From NCBI GenBank assembly GCA_965223345.1, contig CBDCWG010000007.1, forward strand, positions 192,001 through 256,000: a stretch of DNA of 64,000 bases. The letters are read 5' to 3'. The stretch is from Nitrospinales bacterium. Its GTDB lineage: Bacteria > Nitrospinota > Nitrospinia > Nitrospinales > VA-1. Shown here piece after piece: positions 1 through 9,678 of the stretch. Made by a program: the position numbers and the translations under genes. The notes under the pieces were generated by a model, which was given only the letters and a program-made list of their open reading frames with translations, had not been told where the DNA came from and did not search any database. The number at the start of each line of letters is the position of its first letter. Position 1 is the first letter of the stretch.

Positions 1-567
1 GTGCCCGGTCTGGCTGCCTTCGATGCTTTCCACATACGCGGCGGCGGTCTGCTGTGCGGTCACCAGCCCCTGGCCGAGTTCGGATTCGGGGACCACGGGT
101 GCGGGGCTGACCACGTTGACGCGCAGGCCGCGCGGCAGTAGCGGTGCGGCGCTGCGCGCGAACGCATCCACCGCGGCGTTGAAGGTGCCGGTGGCGACGC
201 TGGCCGGGTTGGGGAAGTGGCTCAGAAAACCGCTCGACAGGGTGAACGACGCGCCGTCGTTCGCCTTCGCGGTGCCGAGGCGCACCAGATTGATCTGCGC
301 CATGAACTTTCTCTGGAATCCGTATTCGAAATCGGCGTCGGTCAATTGCTCGTAGGGTTTGAACAGGGTGTCCCGGCCCACGGCAACCGCCAGCGCGTCG
401 AAGGGGCCGACCTCATCGAACAGGGCGCGCACCGATCCTGCGTCGGTGTAGTCCACCCGCACATCGCCGCTTCTCGCCCCGGCGCGCACGATTTCGTGCT
501 TCGGCTCCAGCGCCTTCACGATTTCACCGCCGATGATTCCACTCGCTCCCAACACGATGACCTTCAC
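1..567 (-). CDS. Short-chain dehydrogenase/reductase (partial, runs off the window start; absent from the ORF track)
   Basis: Manual translation from GTG at 567 (RBS AGGAG upstream) gives MKVIVLGASGIIGGEIVKAL (Rossmann GxxGxxG); the frame ends ...AYVESIEGSQTGH at base 1. Confidence 0.85.
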   Translation of the reverse strand, partial: MKVIVLGASGIIGGEIVKALEPKHEIVRAGARSGDVRVDYTDAGSVRALFDEVGPFDALAVAVGRDTLFKPYEQLTDADFEYGFQRKFMAQINLVRLGTAKANDGASFTLSSGFLSHFPNPASVATGTFNAAVDAFARSAAPLLPRGLRVNVVSPAPVVPESELGQGLVTAQQTAAAYVESIEGSQTGH

Positions 568-617
568 GATTCGATCTCCTTTGTAACCACGATGAAATTT
601 TTATAAAACCCGCTCGC

Positions 618-818
618 TCACTCGGCGGTGAACATGGAAACGAGCAGCGCGACGATGAGGGTGACGAACAGGATCATCATCACCATGAACCAGGGGCCGG
701 AGCTGCCGAAGGTGGGGTATTTGGGGATGTTGGGGTTGACGGGGGTCTCGCAGTGCGGGCAGACGCTGGCTTTGGCTTCGATTTCTTTGCCGCAGCTGCG
801 GCAGGGATGGGTGCTCAT
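618..818 (-). CDS. Small zinc-ribbon membrane protein
   Basis: CRSC...CPHC motif plus a C-terminal hydrophobic helix, 66 aa. Confidence 0.75.
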   Translation of the reverse strand: MSTHPCRSCGKEIEAKASVCPHCETPVNPNIPKYPTFGSSGPWFMVMMILFVTLIVALLVSMFTAE

Positions 819-826
819 ATTCTACC

Positions 827-2092
827 TTAGGTTTTGGTTTGCAAAAGCCGCATTCGCAACAGATTGAGCGCCGCCTGGGCGGCGCGTTCCTTGTTGCGGC
901 CGCGGTCCTGGTGGAAGCGGAATTTGCGGAATTCGGCTCCCTGTGCGTCGGCCACGGCGATGTAGGTCAGGCCGACGGGTTTGGTCTCGCTGCCGCCGTC
1001 GGGCCCGGCGATGCCGGTGACGGACAACCCGCAATCGGCGCCCGCGGCGGCGCGCACGCCCTGCGCCATGGCGAGGGCGGTCTCGGGACTCACCGCGCCT
1101 TTTTCGCGCAGGGTCGCTTCCTCCACACCCAGCCGTTTCATTTTAGCATCGTTGCTGTAGGTGACGGCGCCTTCGAGAAAATAACTCGAGCTTCCGGGGA
1201 TCTGGGTCAGACGGTGGCCGATCAGCCCGCCGGTGCAGGACTCGGCCACGGCGAGGGTCAGGTGCTTTTCGGTCAGCAGTTCGCCCACCCTGCCCTCCAG
1301 GGTCTCGGCATCGACGCCGAAGATGTGCTCGCCGATTTTTTCGCGTATGAGCTTCTCGGCCTGATCCAGCCGGTCGCAGGCGGCTTTGGGCGTGCTGTCG
1401 GCGGCGGACAGGCGGATGCGCACACCGAGATGCGATGGCAGCGACGCGACGGTGGCGAAGGTCTCGATGGGCGCGAGCGGCCCGATCCGGTTCCAAAGAT
1501 CCGATTCGGTGAGCCCGGTGGTGTTGAGGATGCGGTGGCCGATGGCGTGCCCGCTCACCTTGCAAAGATCGGGCGCGACATAGGTTTCGAACAGGTGCTG
1601 CATCTCCAGCGGAATCCCCGGCAGGGCGTAGACCGCCCGCCCTTCCCGCTCGAATTTGAACCCCGGCGCGGTGCCTTTTGCGTTGTACAGAATGCCGGCC
1701 TTTTCGGGCACCTGCGCCTGGCTTTTCACGTTTTCGGGAACCGCCTTGCCCCGGCCCTGAAAGATGCGCACCAGATTTTCAGACACTTTTTCATCCTCGC
1801 GCAAGCCGGACTCGAACAGCCCGGCCAGGACTTTTTTGGTGATGTCGTCGTGCGTCGAGCCCAGCCCGCCGGTGGTGATGACGATCGGCGCACGGTCCAG
1901 GGCGTCCTGCACGGCCCCGGTGATGACGGCGGGATCGTCGCCCACGGCGGTGACGCGCGCCACGACCACGCCTGCCTGCTGCAGGCGGCCGCACAGAAAG
2001 CGGGCATTGCCGTCGGCGATCAGGCCGCTGACGATCTCGTTGCCGATGGTGACGATTTCCGCCCTGGGGATGTCGGTCTGCTCTTCAAACAC
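827..2092 (-). CDS. cinA: Competence/damage-inducible protein CinA (MoCF-like domain plus NMN deamidase)
   Basis: IGNEIVSG, TGGLGSTHDDIT, GTAPG, AESCTGG and YSNDAK motifs. Confidence 0.93.
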   Translation of the reverse strand: MFEEQTDIPRAEIVTIGNEIVSGLIADGNARFLCGRLQQAGVVVARVTAVGDDPAVITGAVQDALDRAPIVITTGGLGSTHDDITKKVLAGLFESGLREDEKVSENLVRIFQGRGKAVPENVKSQAQVPEKAGILYNAKGTAPGFKFEREGRAVYALPGIPLEMQHLFETYVAPDLCKVSGHAIGHRILNTTGLTESDLWNRIGPLAPIETFATVASLPSHLGVRIRLSAADSTPKAACDRLDQAEKLIREKIGEHIFGVDAETLEGRVGELLTEKHLTLAVAESCTGGLIGHRLTQIPGSSSYFLEGAVTYSNDAKMKRLGVEEATLREKGAVSPETALAMAQGVRAAAGADCGLSVTGIAGPDGGSETKPVGLTYIAVADAQGAEFRKFRFHQDRGRNKERAAQAALNLLRMRLLQTKT

Positions 2093-2229
2093 GCTGCCTC
2101 CCGGCCTTGCTGGGCGCGCGCCTCCGCTTATCTCTTTGGCAAACGCGCGCTTTTACTTTACTATAAGGAAACTGCGGCCCCAGGTCCAGATCCCCCAGCA
2201 TGAAACCAACACGACGCCGGTCTTTCGTC

Positions 2230-2694
2230 ATGGATGAAACGCAAAAATTACTGGATGCGCTCAAGGACTCAGATCCCGAGGTCCGCTCGCAGGCCACGCA
2301 GGCGCTGTGGCGGATGTGGTTCGGACAAGCGGGGGCGGAAGCGGAAAGCACCCTGTTTCAGGGCACGCAGATGATGAACTCCCACCGGCTGGAAGAAGCG
2401 GAAGCGGTTTTCATGAACCTGATCCAGCGGCACCCCGATTTTCCGGAGGCCCACAACAAGCTTGCCACCGTTTTGTTTTTAAAAGGCGACTATACAGGAT
2501 CGGTGGTGGAATGCCAACGGACGCTGAAAATGAACCCGCACCACTTCGGCGCCTGGAACGGCATGGGACTGTGTCTGTACCAGCTCGCCCGCTACAACGA
2601 GGCGCTGAAAAGCTTCGAACGGGCCCTCACGATTCAACCCCACGCCCACATCAACCGCAAATACATCGCCCGCTGCCGCGGTCACCTCAACTAG
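2230..2694 (+). CDS. HEAT/TPR repeat protein
   Basis: TPR patterns PDFPEAHNKLA, NPHHFGAWNGMG; start at 2200 or 2230. Confidence 0.8.
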   Translation: MDETQKLLDALKDSDPEVRSQATQALWRMWFGQAGAEAESTLFQGTQMMNSHRLEEAEAVFMNLIQRHPDFPEAHNKLATVLFLKGDYTGSVVECQRTLKMNPHHFGAWNGMGLCLYQLARYNEALKSFERALTIQPHAHINRKYIARCRGHLN

Positions 2695-2746
2695 CGGCGA
2701 CGCCAACGCAAATTCCCCGTTTCCGCCTCGGCCCGAAACCGGGCCG

Positions 2747-4012
2747 TTGCCATGGATGACACTTATGGATTCGATGCGCACATCGGAACAGAACGACATC
2801 GCACGCAAGACCTTTCGCCGGGATCTCTGGCGCGGCGGGTTCGAGGGCGTGCTGTCGGCGGGCTCGCAGACGTTCTGCCTGTTCATCGCCATCCGTTATT
2901 TCGACGCGGGCGAAACGGTGAAGGCGCTGATCGCCGCCGCGCCGTTCATGGGCATGTTTCTCTCGCTGCTGCTGGTGCACTACGCCAGCGGCACGCATTC
3001 GAAAAAAGCCCTGTGGGGGGCGGCGCCGTCGCTGGTGACGGGGGTCTGCCTGATCGCCGCGGCCTGGGCCCCCTCGCTGAGCGGGTACGCGCTGCTGGTG
3101 ACGCTGGGCTACATCGGCCGCAGCGCGCTGCTGCCGTTTCTGACCGACATCTACAACGACAACTACCCGCCGGACCGGCGCGGGCGGTTTTTCTCGCACT
3201 CGATGGTGCTCACGGTAGGCGTCTCGGTGCTGTTCGGCTACGTCGGTTCCTCGGTGCTGGAAATCGACATCCGGCACTACCGCTGGCTGTTCACGTTTCT
3301 CGGCCTGTGCGCCCTGGCGAAGGCGTTCGCCATCTACGGCATGCCCTCCAAGGACGTGGATGGCAGCACGCACAGCAACCCGTTCGGCAATTTGAAGTAT
3401 ATGTTCCAGGACCGTTCGTTCGGCTATGTGCTGCTCACCTGGTTCATCATGGGCTTCGCCAACCTGTGGACGCTGCCTCTGCGCGTCGATTACGTGGCCT
3501 CGGCGGAATACGGCATCGAGGGCTCGGCGCTGCTGGTGGCGCTGATCATCACGATCATCCCCGATACGATGCGCATGCTGTTCATCCCCTTCTGGGGGCG
3601 GCTGTTCGACCGCATGAACTTCGTGGCGCTCAGGATGTGGCTGAACGTGCTGTTCGGCGCAGGGGTGGGCCTGTTTTTCATCAGCAAGAACCCGTGGATC
3701 ATCGGACTCGGTTCGGCGCTCATCGGCCTGACGTTCGCCGGGGGCAGCATCGCCTGGGCGCTGTGGGTGACGAAATACGCGCCGCCGGGAAAGACCGCAG
3801 CCTACATGTCGGTGCACGTCTGCCTGACCGGCGTGCGGGGGACCATCGGCCCGCTGGTCGGCTACTGGGCGGCGGGGCTGATCGGCACGAAACAGGTGGG
3901 CCTGCTTTCGGCGGGCATGATGGTGCTCGCCAGCGTGATGCTGATCCCGGAGCTCAAGCACGGGCGTAAACCGACCCAGACGCCCTCGCCGATATCGGGG
4001 AAAATGCCTTGA
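2747..4012 (+). CDS. MFS transporter
   Basis: About 12 hydrophobic segments; WGRLFDR motif; YPPDRRGRFF loop. Confidence 0.85.
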   Translation: MPWMTLMDSMRTSEQNDIARKTFRRDLWRGGFEGVLSAGSQTFCLFIAIRYFDAGETVKALIAAAPFMGMFLSLLLVHYASGTHSKKALWGAAPSLVTGVCLIAAAWAPSLSGYALLVTLGYIGRSALLPFLTDIYNDNYPPDRRGRFFSHSMVLTVGVSVLFGYVGSSVLEIDIRHYRWLFTFLGLCALAKAFAIYGMPSKDVDGSTHSNPFGNLKYMFQDRSFGYVLLTWFIMGFANLWTLPLRVDYVASAEYGIEGSALLVALIITIIPDTMRMLFIPFWGRLFDRMNFVALRMWLNVLFGAGVGLFFISKNPWIIGLGSALIGLTFAGGSIAWALWVTKYAPPGKTAAYMSVHVCLTGVRGTIGPLVGYWAAGLIGTKQVGLLSAGMMVLASVMLIPELKHGRKPTQTPSPISGKMP

Positions 4013-4080
4013 TTCAAGTTTGCGGCACTCCCTCCTTGATCCCGGGATAGTATCTTGATATAAAATGATTTTTCGAATTC

Positions 4081-4629
4081 ATGTTCAATTTCTTTCTGAT
4101 GGAGCGCACCTTGGGAAATCCGCTTGTGGGTATAGTGATGGGAAGCGATTCGGACTATCCGGTGATGGAAGAAGCCAGTAAAATTCTCAAGCAGTTCGGG
4201 GTGGAGCACGAGGTGGAAGTGACCTCCGCGCACCGCTCTCCGGCGCGCACCCGCAACTGGGTGCGCAAGGCCGAGAAGGGGGACGTCAAGGTGCTGATAG
4301 CGGGCGCCGGTGCGGCCGCGCATCTGGCCGGCGTGCTGGCGGCGGAATCGACTTTACCCGTTATCGGCGTGCCCATCGATTCGAGCCCGCTGCAGGGGCT
4401 GGATGCGCTGCTGTCCACGGCGCAGATGCCGGGCGGCGTGCCGGTGGCGTCGATGGCCATCGGCAAAGCGGGTGCGCGAAACGCCGGTTTGCTGGCGGTG
4501 CAGATCCTCTCTCTCGGGGACAGCAAGCTCAAGTCCCGGCTGCAGCAATACAAGAAATACCAGGCTAAAGAGGTCGAACTCAAAAGCCGCAAACTGAAGA
4601 CCGCGCATGCCCGAAATACTAAAGATTGA
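4081..4629 (+). CDS. purE: N5-carboxyaminoimidazole ribonucleotide mutase
   Basis: MGSDSD, SAHRSP, AGAGAAAHLAG, QMPGGVPVA motifs. Confidence 0.96.
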   Translation: MFNFFLMERTLGNPLVGIVMGSDSDYPVMEEASKILKQFGVEHEVEVTSAHRSPARTRNWVRKAEKGDVKVLIAGAGAAAHLAGVLAAESTLPVIGVPIDSSPLQGLDALLSTAQMPGGVPVASMAIGKAGARNAGLLAVQILSLGDSKLKSRLQQYKKYQAKEVELKSRKLKTAHARNTKD

Positions 4630-5272
4630 CGTCAATGACGATGCGGCGGCGCTGCGCGGGCATTGGGTGCGGATCAAACGGATTCTCAACCTGGGCGGCG
4701 TGATCGCCTACCCGACGGACACGTTTTACGGTCTGGGGGTCAACCCCTTCAACGAACAGGCGGTGTCCCGGATCTTTGAGATCAAGAACCGGCCCGTGGA
4801 CAAACCGCTGCTGCTTCTGGTGTCCTCGATCCATCAGGTGCCGCGCCTGGTGGGCGAAATCTCTCCGACGGCGGCGACGCTGATCGAAAAACTGTGGCCC
4901 GGCCCGACGACGCTGCTGCTCAAAGCCGCCCCGCACCTTCCGGGCAACCTGACGGCGCACACGGGAAAGATCGGCATCCGGCTGCCGGGAAGCGAATTGA
5001 CGCGCAAACTCATCGAGGGGGTCGGTTTTCCGATCACCGGCACCAGCGCCAACATCAGCGGAGACGGCAACAGCAAAAGCGCGCAGGAGGTGCTCGACGC
5101 CTTCGGCTCCCGCATCGACCTGATTCTGGACGGCGGCGAAGCCCCGGCGGGCGAGCGGGAATCCACGATTCTGGACACCACCCTGTCCCCGCCGCTCATC
5201 ATCCGCGAGGGCGTGGTCGCCCGGACCGAGATCGAATCCATTCTCGAGATGCCCTGCATCCAGGTGCCATGA
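4607..5272 (+). CDS. tsaC: L-threonylcarbamoyladenylate synthase (YrdC/Sua5)
   Basis: YPTDTFYGL, KNRPVDKPL, WPGPTT, TSANISG motifs. Confidence 0.93.
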   Translation: MPEILKIDVNDDAAALRGHWVRIKRILNLGGVIAYPTDTFYGLGVNPFNEQAVSRIFEIKNRPVDKPLLLLVSSIHQVPRLVGEISPTAATLIEKLWPGPTTLLLKAAPHLPGNLTAHTGKIGIRLPGSELTRKLIEGVGFPITGTSANISGDGNSKSAQEVLDAFGSRIDLILDGGEAPAGERESTILDTTLSPPLIIREGVVARTEIESILEMPCIQVP

Positions 5273-5646
5273 TCTACGGCACCGGGGTGGACCTGATCGC
5301 AGTCGCCCGAATAGGCAACTCTCTGGCAAAATACCCGGACCGCTTCGAGACCCGCATTTTCACGCAACAAGAAATCGGCTACTGCCGTTCGCAGGCGGAT
5401 CCGGTGAAGCATTTCGCGGCGCGCTTCGCGGTGAAGGAGGCGGTGATGAAGTGCCTGGGAACGGGGATGGAACAGGGCATCGGCTTCAAGGAGATCGAAG
5501 TGGTCAATGAAACCTCGGGAAAACCCAACGCGCAGCTGAGCGGCAAGGCAAAGGAACGCTTCGAACAATTGGGGCTCGCCGCGCTGCACGTTTCCATCTC
5601 CCACGACGACCATTACGCCATCGCGCAGGCCATCGCCGAAAAATAA
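5269..5646 (+). CDS. acpS: Holo-ACP synthase
   Basis: MIYGTGVDL, ARFAVKEAVMK, SISHD; ATGA overlap with the tsaC stop. Confidence 0.95.
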   Translation: MIYGTGVDLIAVARIGNSLAKYPDRFETRIFTQQEIGYCRSQADPVKHFAARFAVKEAVMKCLGTGMEQGIGFKEIEVVNETSGKPNAQLSGKAKERFEQLGLAALHVSISHDDHYAIAQAIAEK

Positions 5647-5814
5647 CTCCTCCCCGGAGGGGGAACGAATTTGCATTCTGCACGCTCGGTCTTTATGAAT
5701 ACGGTTTGGGAGGATTGCAAATCGTAACAGCAACGCAGAAAAAAATACCGCCCCGGCGAGTCCGCCCCATTCACAGTCTTTGCCCATGCGCCCCACTCCC
5801 CTGTTCAGAAACCG

Positions 5815-6762
5815 ATGTCCCGATCGCACGGATTGCTAAAACAAGCGCGATTTCTTCTGGAGCATGCGGGCGTTTCCCTGCTCTCGCTCAGCGTGCGCTG
5901 GCTTTCCGCCGGGAACATCGTGCGGCTGGGACGGTTTGTGGGCGATGTCGCCTACCGGCTTTCCGGCCGCCGCGTCCGCACCGCGCTCACCAACCTGGAC
6001 ATCGCCTTCGCGGACAGCAAAACTCCCGCCGAGAAAAAGCGCATCGTGAAGCAGTCGTTCCGGCATTTCTGCGTCGCCGCGTTGCAGTGCCTGTGGTTGC
6101 AGCACGACACAAAGCGGCGCGCAGCGGCGCTCATCGAGGGTCCTCCGAAAGGGCTGGAGCTGCTGCAGGCGAGCCTGAAGCGGGGAAACGGCGTCTTCTT
6201 CCTCATCGCCCATTACGGCAACTGGGAAGTGCCGGGAATCCACAACGGTTTCCTGGGAATCTGCCCGCTCCATTTCATCGTGCGCCGGCTGGACAACCCC
6301 TATCTGGAAGAGCGGGTGCGGCGGTTCCGCTCGGTGTCGGGCAACGGGATTTTTTACCGCGACGAATCGCCGTTTAAAATCGTGCGCGCTCTGAAAAACA
6401 ACGCCTGTGTGGCGGTGATGATGGATCAGAACACCGCCCGCGACGGCCTGTTCGTGAATTTTTTCGGCAAAAAAGCCGCCACGCCGCGTTCGCTTGCGGT
6501 GCTGAGCCTGAAACTGGACACGCCGATCCTGCCGATGTTTTCCCACCCCACGGAAAAAGGAACCTACTGCGTCGAACTGGGCCCGCTCATCGAGGCCGAA
6601 ACCACCGGCGATAAGGAAAAAGACGTTCTGAGCTGGACGCAGGCCTGCGAGTCGTTCCTCGAATCGGTGATCCGCGCGCGGCCGGAGCCCTGGATGTGGT
6701 TTCACCGGCGCTGGAAAACCCGGCCCGCCGAAGAGCGCAACGATCCGGTGTACCGCAACTGA
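5815..6762 (+). CDS. Lipid A late acyltransferase (LpxL/HtrB family)
   Basis: AHYGNWE, MMDQ, PEPWMWFHRRWK motifs. Confidence 0.9.
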   Translation: MSRSHGLLKQARFLLEHAGVSLLSLSVRWLSAGNIVRLGRFVGDVAYRLSGRRVRTALTNLDIAFADSKTPAEKKRIVKQSFRHFCVAALQCLWLQHDTKRRAAALIEGPPKGLELLQASLKRGNGVFFLIAHYGNWEVPGIHNGFLGICPLHFIVRRLDNPYLEERVRRFRSVSGNGIFYRDESPFKIVRALKNNACVAVMMDQNTARDGLFVNFFGKKAATPRSLAVLSLKLDTPILPMFSHPTEKGTYCVELGPLIEAETTGDKEKDVLSWTQACESFLESVIRARPEPWMWFHRRWKTRPAEERNDPVYRN

Positions 6763-6911
6763 ATTTTCCGCGTTTCCCCGGCCAAACGGGGAATTTTCAG
6801 GCTTTTTGCCCCGTCCCCGCCCACGGAAAGCGCCCAGGCGAAAATCAAATAAAATATTTACTTACAATGACTTATAAACTAATTTACAATAGATTATTCT
6901 GTAAATAACAG

Positions 6912-7946
6912 ATGGAAACCGGGGGGATCGCGAAAATCATGGCCAAAAAGTTGCTTCTAGCGGAGGACACCAGCCAGTCCTTTGAGAAGTTCAAAAAGGT
7001 GCTGCAGAAAAACCAGTGGCAGGTGAGTTCCACCACAGACGGCGAAGAGGCGCTGGAGCTCCTGCAACAGTCGTCTTACGACGTCATGGTCACCGATCTG
7101 AACCTGCGCACTTTAAACGGCATGTCCCTCATCAGCCGCGTGCAGCTGGACCTGCCGTACAAACCGATCATCATCGCCATCACCGATCACGATTTTCCCG
7201 AGGTCCGCAAACGGGCGTTCGAGCACAAGGTGTTCGCCTATCTGCCAAAGCCGCTCGATAAAAAGAAATTCGTCGAGTGCCTGTACCGGGCGCTCAACTC
7301 GGAGCATCTGGTCGATCCGGAGCTGATGCAGATGCAGCCGGCGCAGGAAGAATACAAACCGCCGTTCGTCGGTGTGTTCCTGGCAGTGGGCACCGGCGGT
7401 CCACAGACTCTGAAAAAACTGTTCATGGACTGGACGCCGCCGGAACACTGCGCCGTTTTCATCGTGCAGCACGGCCCGGAATGGGCGCTGGAGTCGCTGC
7501 CGGAGCGCTTCGTCAACAGCTTCAACGTCCCGGCCACTCTGGCCCGCGACGGCATGCAGCCCAAGCCGGGCAAGGTGTACATCGCTCCGGGAAAACATCA
7601 TCTGAAATTCGATTTCCCGCAGTTCAAATTCAAATTGAGCGACGGCCTGCCGGAAAACTTCATGCGCCCGGCGGCGGACCCGTTTTTCCGCTCGGCGGCG
7701 GAGTGCTTCGGGCCGTTCGGCGTCGGCGTCGTGCTGTCCGGTTCGGGCAAGGACGGCAGCGAAGGCGCCAGAGTGCTGGAGGAATACGGCGGCACGGTTC
7801 TCATCCAGGACCCCAAAACCGCCATCGCCCCGTTGATGCCGCAAGCGGCGGTGGAAACGCTGCGCAAACCCAAAAAGGTCGCCATCGAGGAGATGGGCCA
7901 GCGCATCGTGGAGAGCGTCCAGCCGCTGGCCGGAAAATTACAGTGA
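6912..7946 (+). CDS. Response regulator receiver fused to a CheB-like methylesterase domain (catalytic Ser replaced by Gly)
   Basis: REC motifs LLAED, VTDLNL, YLPKP; CheB motifs AVGTGGP, IVQH, RPAADPFF, GSGKDG. Confidence 0.85.
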   Translation: METGGIAKIMAKKLLLAEDTSQSFEKFKKVLQKNQWQVSSTTDGEEALELLQQSSYDVMVTDLNLRTLNGMSLISRVQLDLPYKPIIIAITDHDFPEVRKRAFEHKVFAYLPKPLDKKKFVECLYRALNSEHLVDPELMQMQPAQEEYKPPFVGVFLAVGTGGPQTLKKLFMDWTPPEHCAVFIVQHGPEWALESLPERFVNSFNVPATLARDGMQPKPGKVYIAPGKHHLKFDFPQFKFKLSDGLPENFMRPAADPFFRSAAECFGPFGVGVVLSGSGKDGSEGARVLEEYGGTVLIQDPKTAIAPLMPQAAVETLRKPKKVAIEEMGQRIVESVQPLAGKLQ

Positions 7947-7986
7947 GACGGTTCAAACATTCATCGGCACACACGACCAGACCCTC

Positions 7987-8847
7987 ATGTCCCTGAAACT
8001 GACAGACATTCTGAAAGACCCGAAAGACATCCCGTCTCTGCCCGCGGTTTTCAACAAGATCATGAGCTGCGCTCAGGATCCGGAAAGCACGCTCAAGGAA
8101 CTGGAAGAGACGATCCAGCACGACCCGGGCCTGACCACCCAGATCCTGAAGGTCACCAACAGTTCGTTCTACGGTTTTTCACAGCAGGTCGAGACGCTGT
8201 CGCACGCGCTGGGGATCATCGGGATGGAACAGTTGACGAACCTGGTGGTGGGGATGATGGTGGTCGAGCAGTTCGACGGCATCCCGGAAAAATACGTGAC
8301 GATGGAATCCTTCTGGGCGCACAGCGTCGCCAGCGGCATCGCCGCCAAGGAAATCGCCGCCCTGATCCTGCCGCAAAAACAGGAGCAGATGTACCTGGCC
8401 GGCATGCTGCACGACATCGGCTCTCTCGTGATGTACAAGCATTTTTCGCAGAAATCGGAGGTCGCCCTGGAATACTGCAACGAGTGGGGGATGAAACTCT
8501 CGGATGCGGAACGGGTCGTTTTCGAGTTCGACCACGCCGAGCTGGGCGCTCAGCTGTTCGAGAACTGGGAGCTGCCCGAAATCTTCTCCAGCACGATCCG
8601 CTTTCACCACTCGCCCAACCTGGAGAAAAAATACTTCGTCGAAACCGCCATCGTGCATCTCGCCGACTACATCACCATGAACAACTGCCTGGGCAGCAGC
8701 GGCGAGTACCAGAACCCCTACCTCAACCCGCACATCCTCAACAAGCTGAACCTGACGCAACACGACATGGCGGCGGTGTCGGAAAAAACCATCGATTCGT
8801 TCGAAGAGATCTTCAACATCTTCTTCCAGAAAGAATCGGTGAGTTGA
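7987..8847 (+). CDS. HDOD domain protein
   Basis: IPSLP, DPGLTTQILKVTNSSFYG, FWAHS, AGMLHDIG, DHAELG, IRFHH. Confidence 0.92.
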   Translation: MSLKLTDILKDPKDIPSLPAVFNKIMSCAQDPESTLKELEETIQHDPGLTTQILKVTNSSFYGFSQQVETLSHALGIIGMEQLTNLVVGMMVVEQFDGIPEKYVTMESFWAHSVASGIAAKEIAALILPQKQEQMYLAGMLHDIGSLVMYKHFSQKSEVALEYCNEWGMKLSDAERVVFEFDHAELGAQLFENWELPEIFSSTIRFHHSPNLEKKYFVETAIVHLADYITMNNCLGSSGEYQNPYLNPHILNKLNLTQHDMAAVSEKTIDSFEEIFNIFFQKESVS

Positions 8848-8877
8848 CCCTTTCCAACCGCCTTGACTCTCAATCCG

Positions 8878-9465
8878 TCACACTCCCTGCCGACCCAGCG
8901 CCTGCATTTTATCCAGCCATTTTTCGTGGTTGCAGCCCTTGGCGGAATCCACCATCCCGATGAGGCTTTCTGCAACCGGTCCGATGCCGGAGAGTTTGAG
9001 GACGTTGCGTTCCAGGCTTTTCAGGCTGTGCGCGCCGAAATACCAGCGGTAAACGAACGCCGGCATCCCCATCGTGACCACCAGCCGGGCGGTCCGCCCT
9101 TTGAGCAGCCCCTGCGGCATTTTGGCGTCGGCGCCGCCGCCGAGCGCAAAGCCGTAGCGGAAAACCTGCTCGATGAAGGCTTTGAGCAGGGCCGGCATGG
9201 TGCCGAGCCACAGGGGATACAGGATCAGCAGATGCTCGGCCCAGCGGATGCCGTTCTGGCTCTCCTGAATGGCGGGCGGCAGTGCGCCGTTTTCGAACTC
9301 TTCCTTGCTGCGCAGGATGGGAAAGTCGAGTTCGGTCACGCAAATGGAGCGGACTTCATGCCCCGCTTCCTTCGCCCCTTGCGCGTAACGATCGGCCAGG
9401 GCGTGGCAGAATCGGTCCTCGGCCGGGTCGGGATGTCCCTGAATGATGAGGATGCGTTTGCCCAT
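8878..9465 (-). CDS. Flavodoxin-fold NAD(P)H-dependent (quinone) oxidoreductase
   Basis: ILIIQGHP, YPLWLGTMPALLKAFIEQV, LLKGRTARLVVTMG. Confidence 0.9.
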   Translation of the reverse strand: MGKRILIIQGHPDPAEDRFCHALADRYAQGAKEAGHEVRSICVTELDFPILRSKEEFENGALPPAIQESQNGIRWAEHLLILYPLWLGTMPALLKAFIEQVFRYGFALGGGADAKMPQGLLKGRTARLVVTMGMPAFVYRWYFGAHSLKSLERNVLKLSGIGPVAESLIGMVDSAKGCNHEKWLDKMQALGRQGV

Positions 9466-9678
9466 CGTTGCCCCCACAGACGCAGAACGCCCGTTGCGGG
9501 AACCGCTCTCGAAACACGATTCACGCTTTTCTTCCTCCCCATAATAATGAGGATGAAATCGGGCTGATTATTCCAAAAGGAATTCGATCAACTCACGAAA
9601 AGCCCGAACCGTGGGCCGTTACGCACGATCGCCTGCTGTGCCGTGGGAAAGCCGGGTCGGCCGGCGTCCGGGCCTCAT

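Noticed and set aside
839..2203. Long alternative-frame ORFs (e.g. 839-2203, 2687-3961, 15981-17879, 22586-23887, 40615-42294, 54431-56116, 58739-60238)
   Set aside because: Antisense or out-of-frame shadows of well-supported genes in high-GC DNA, with no recognisable motifs
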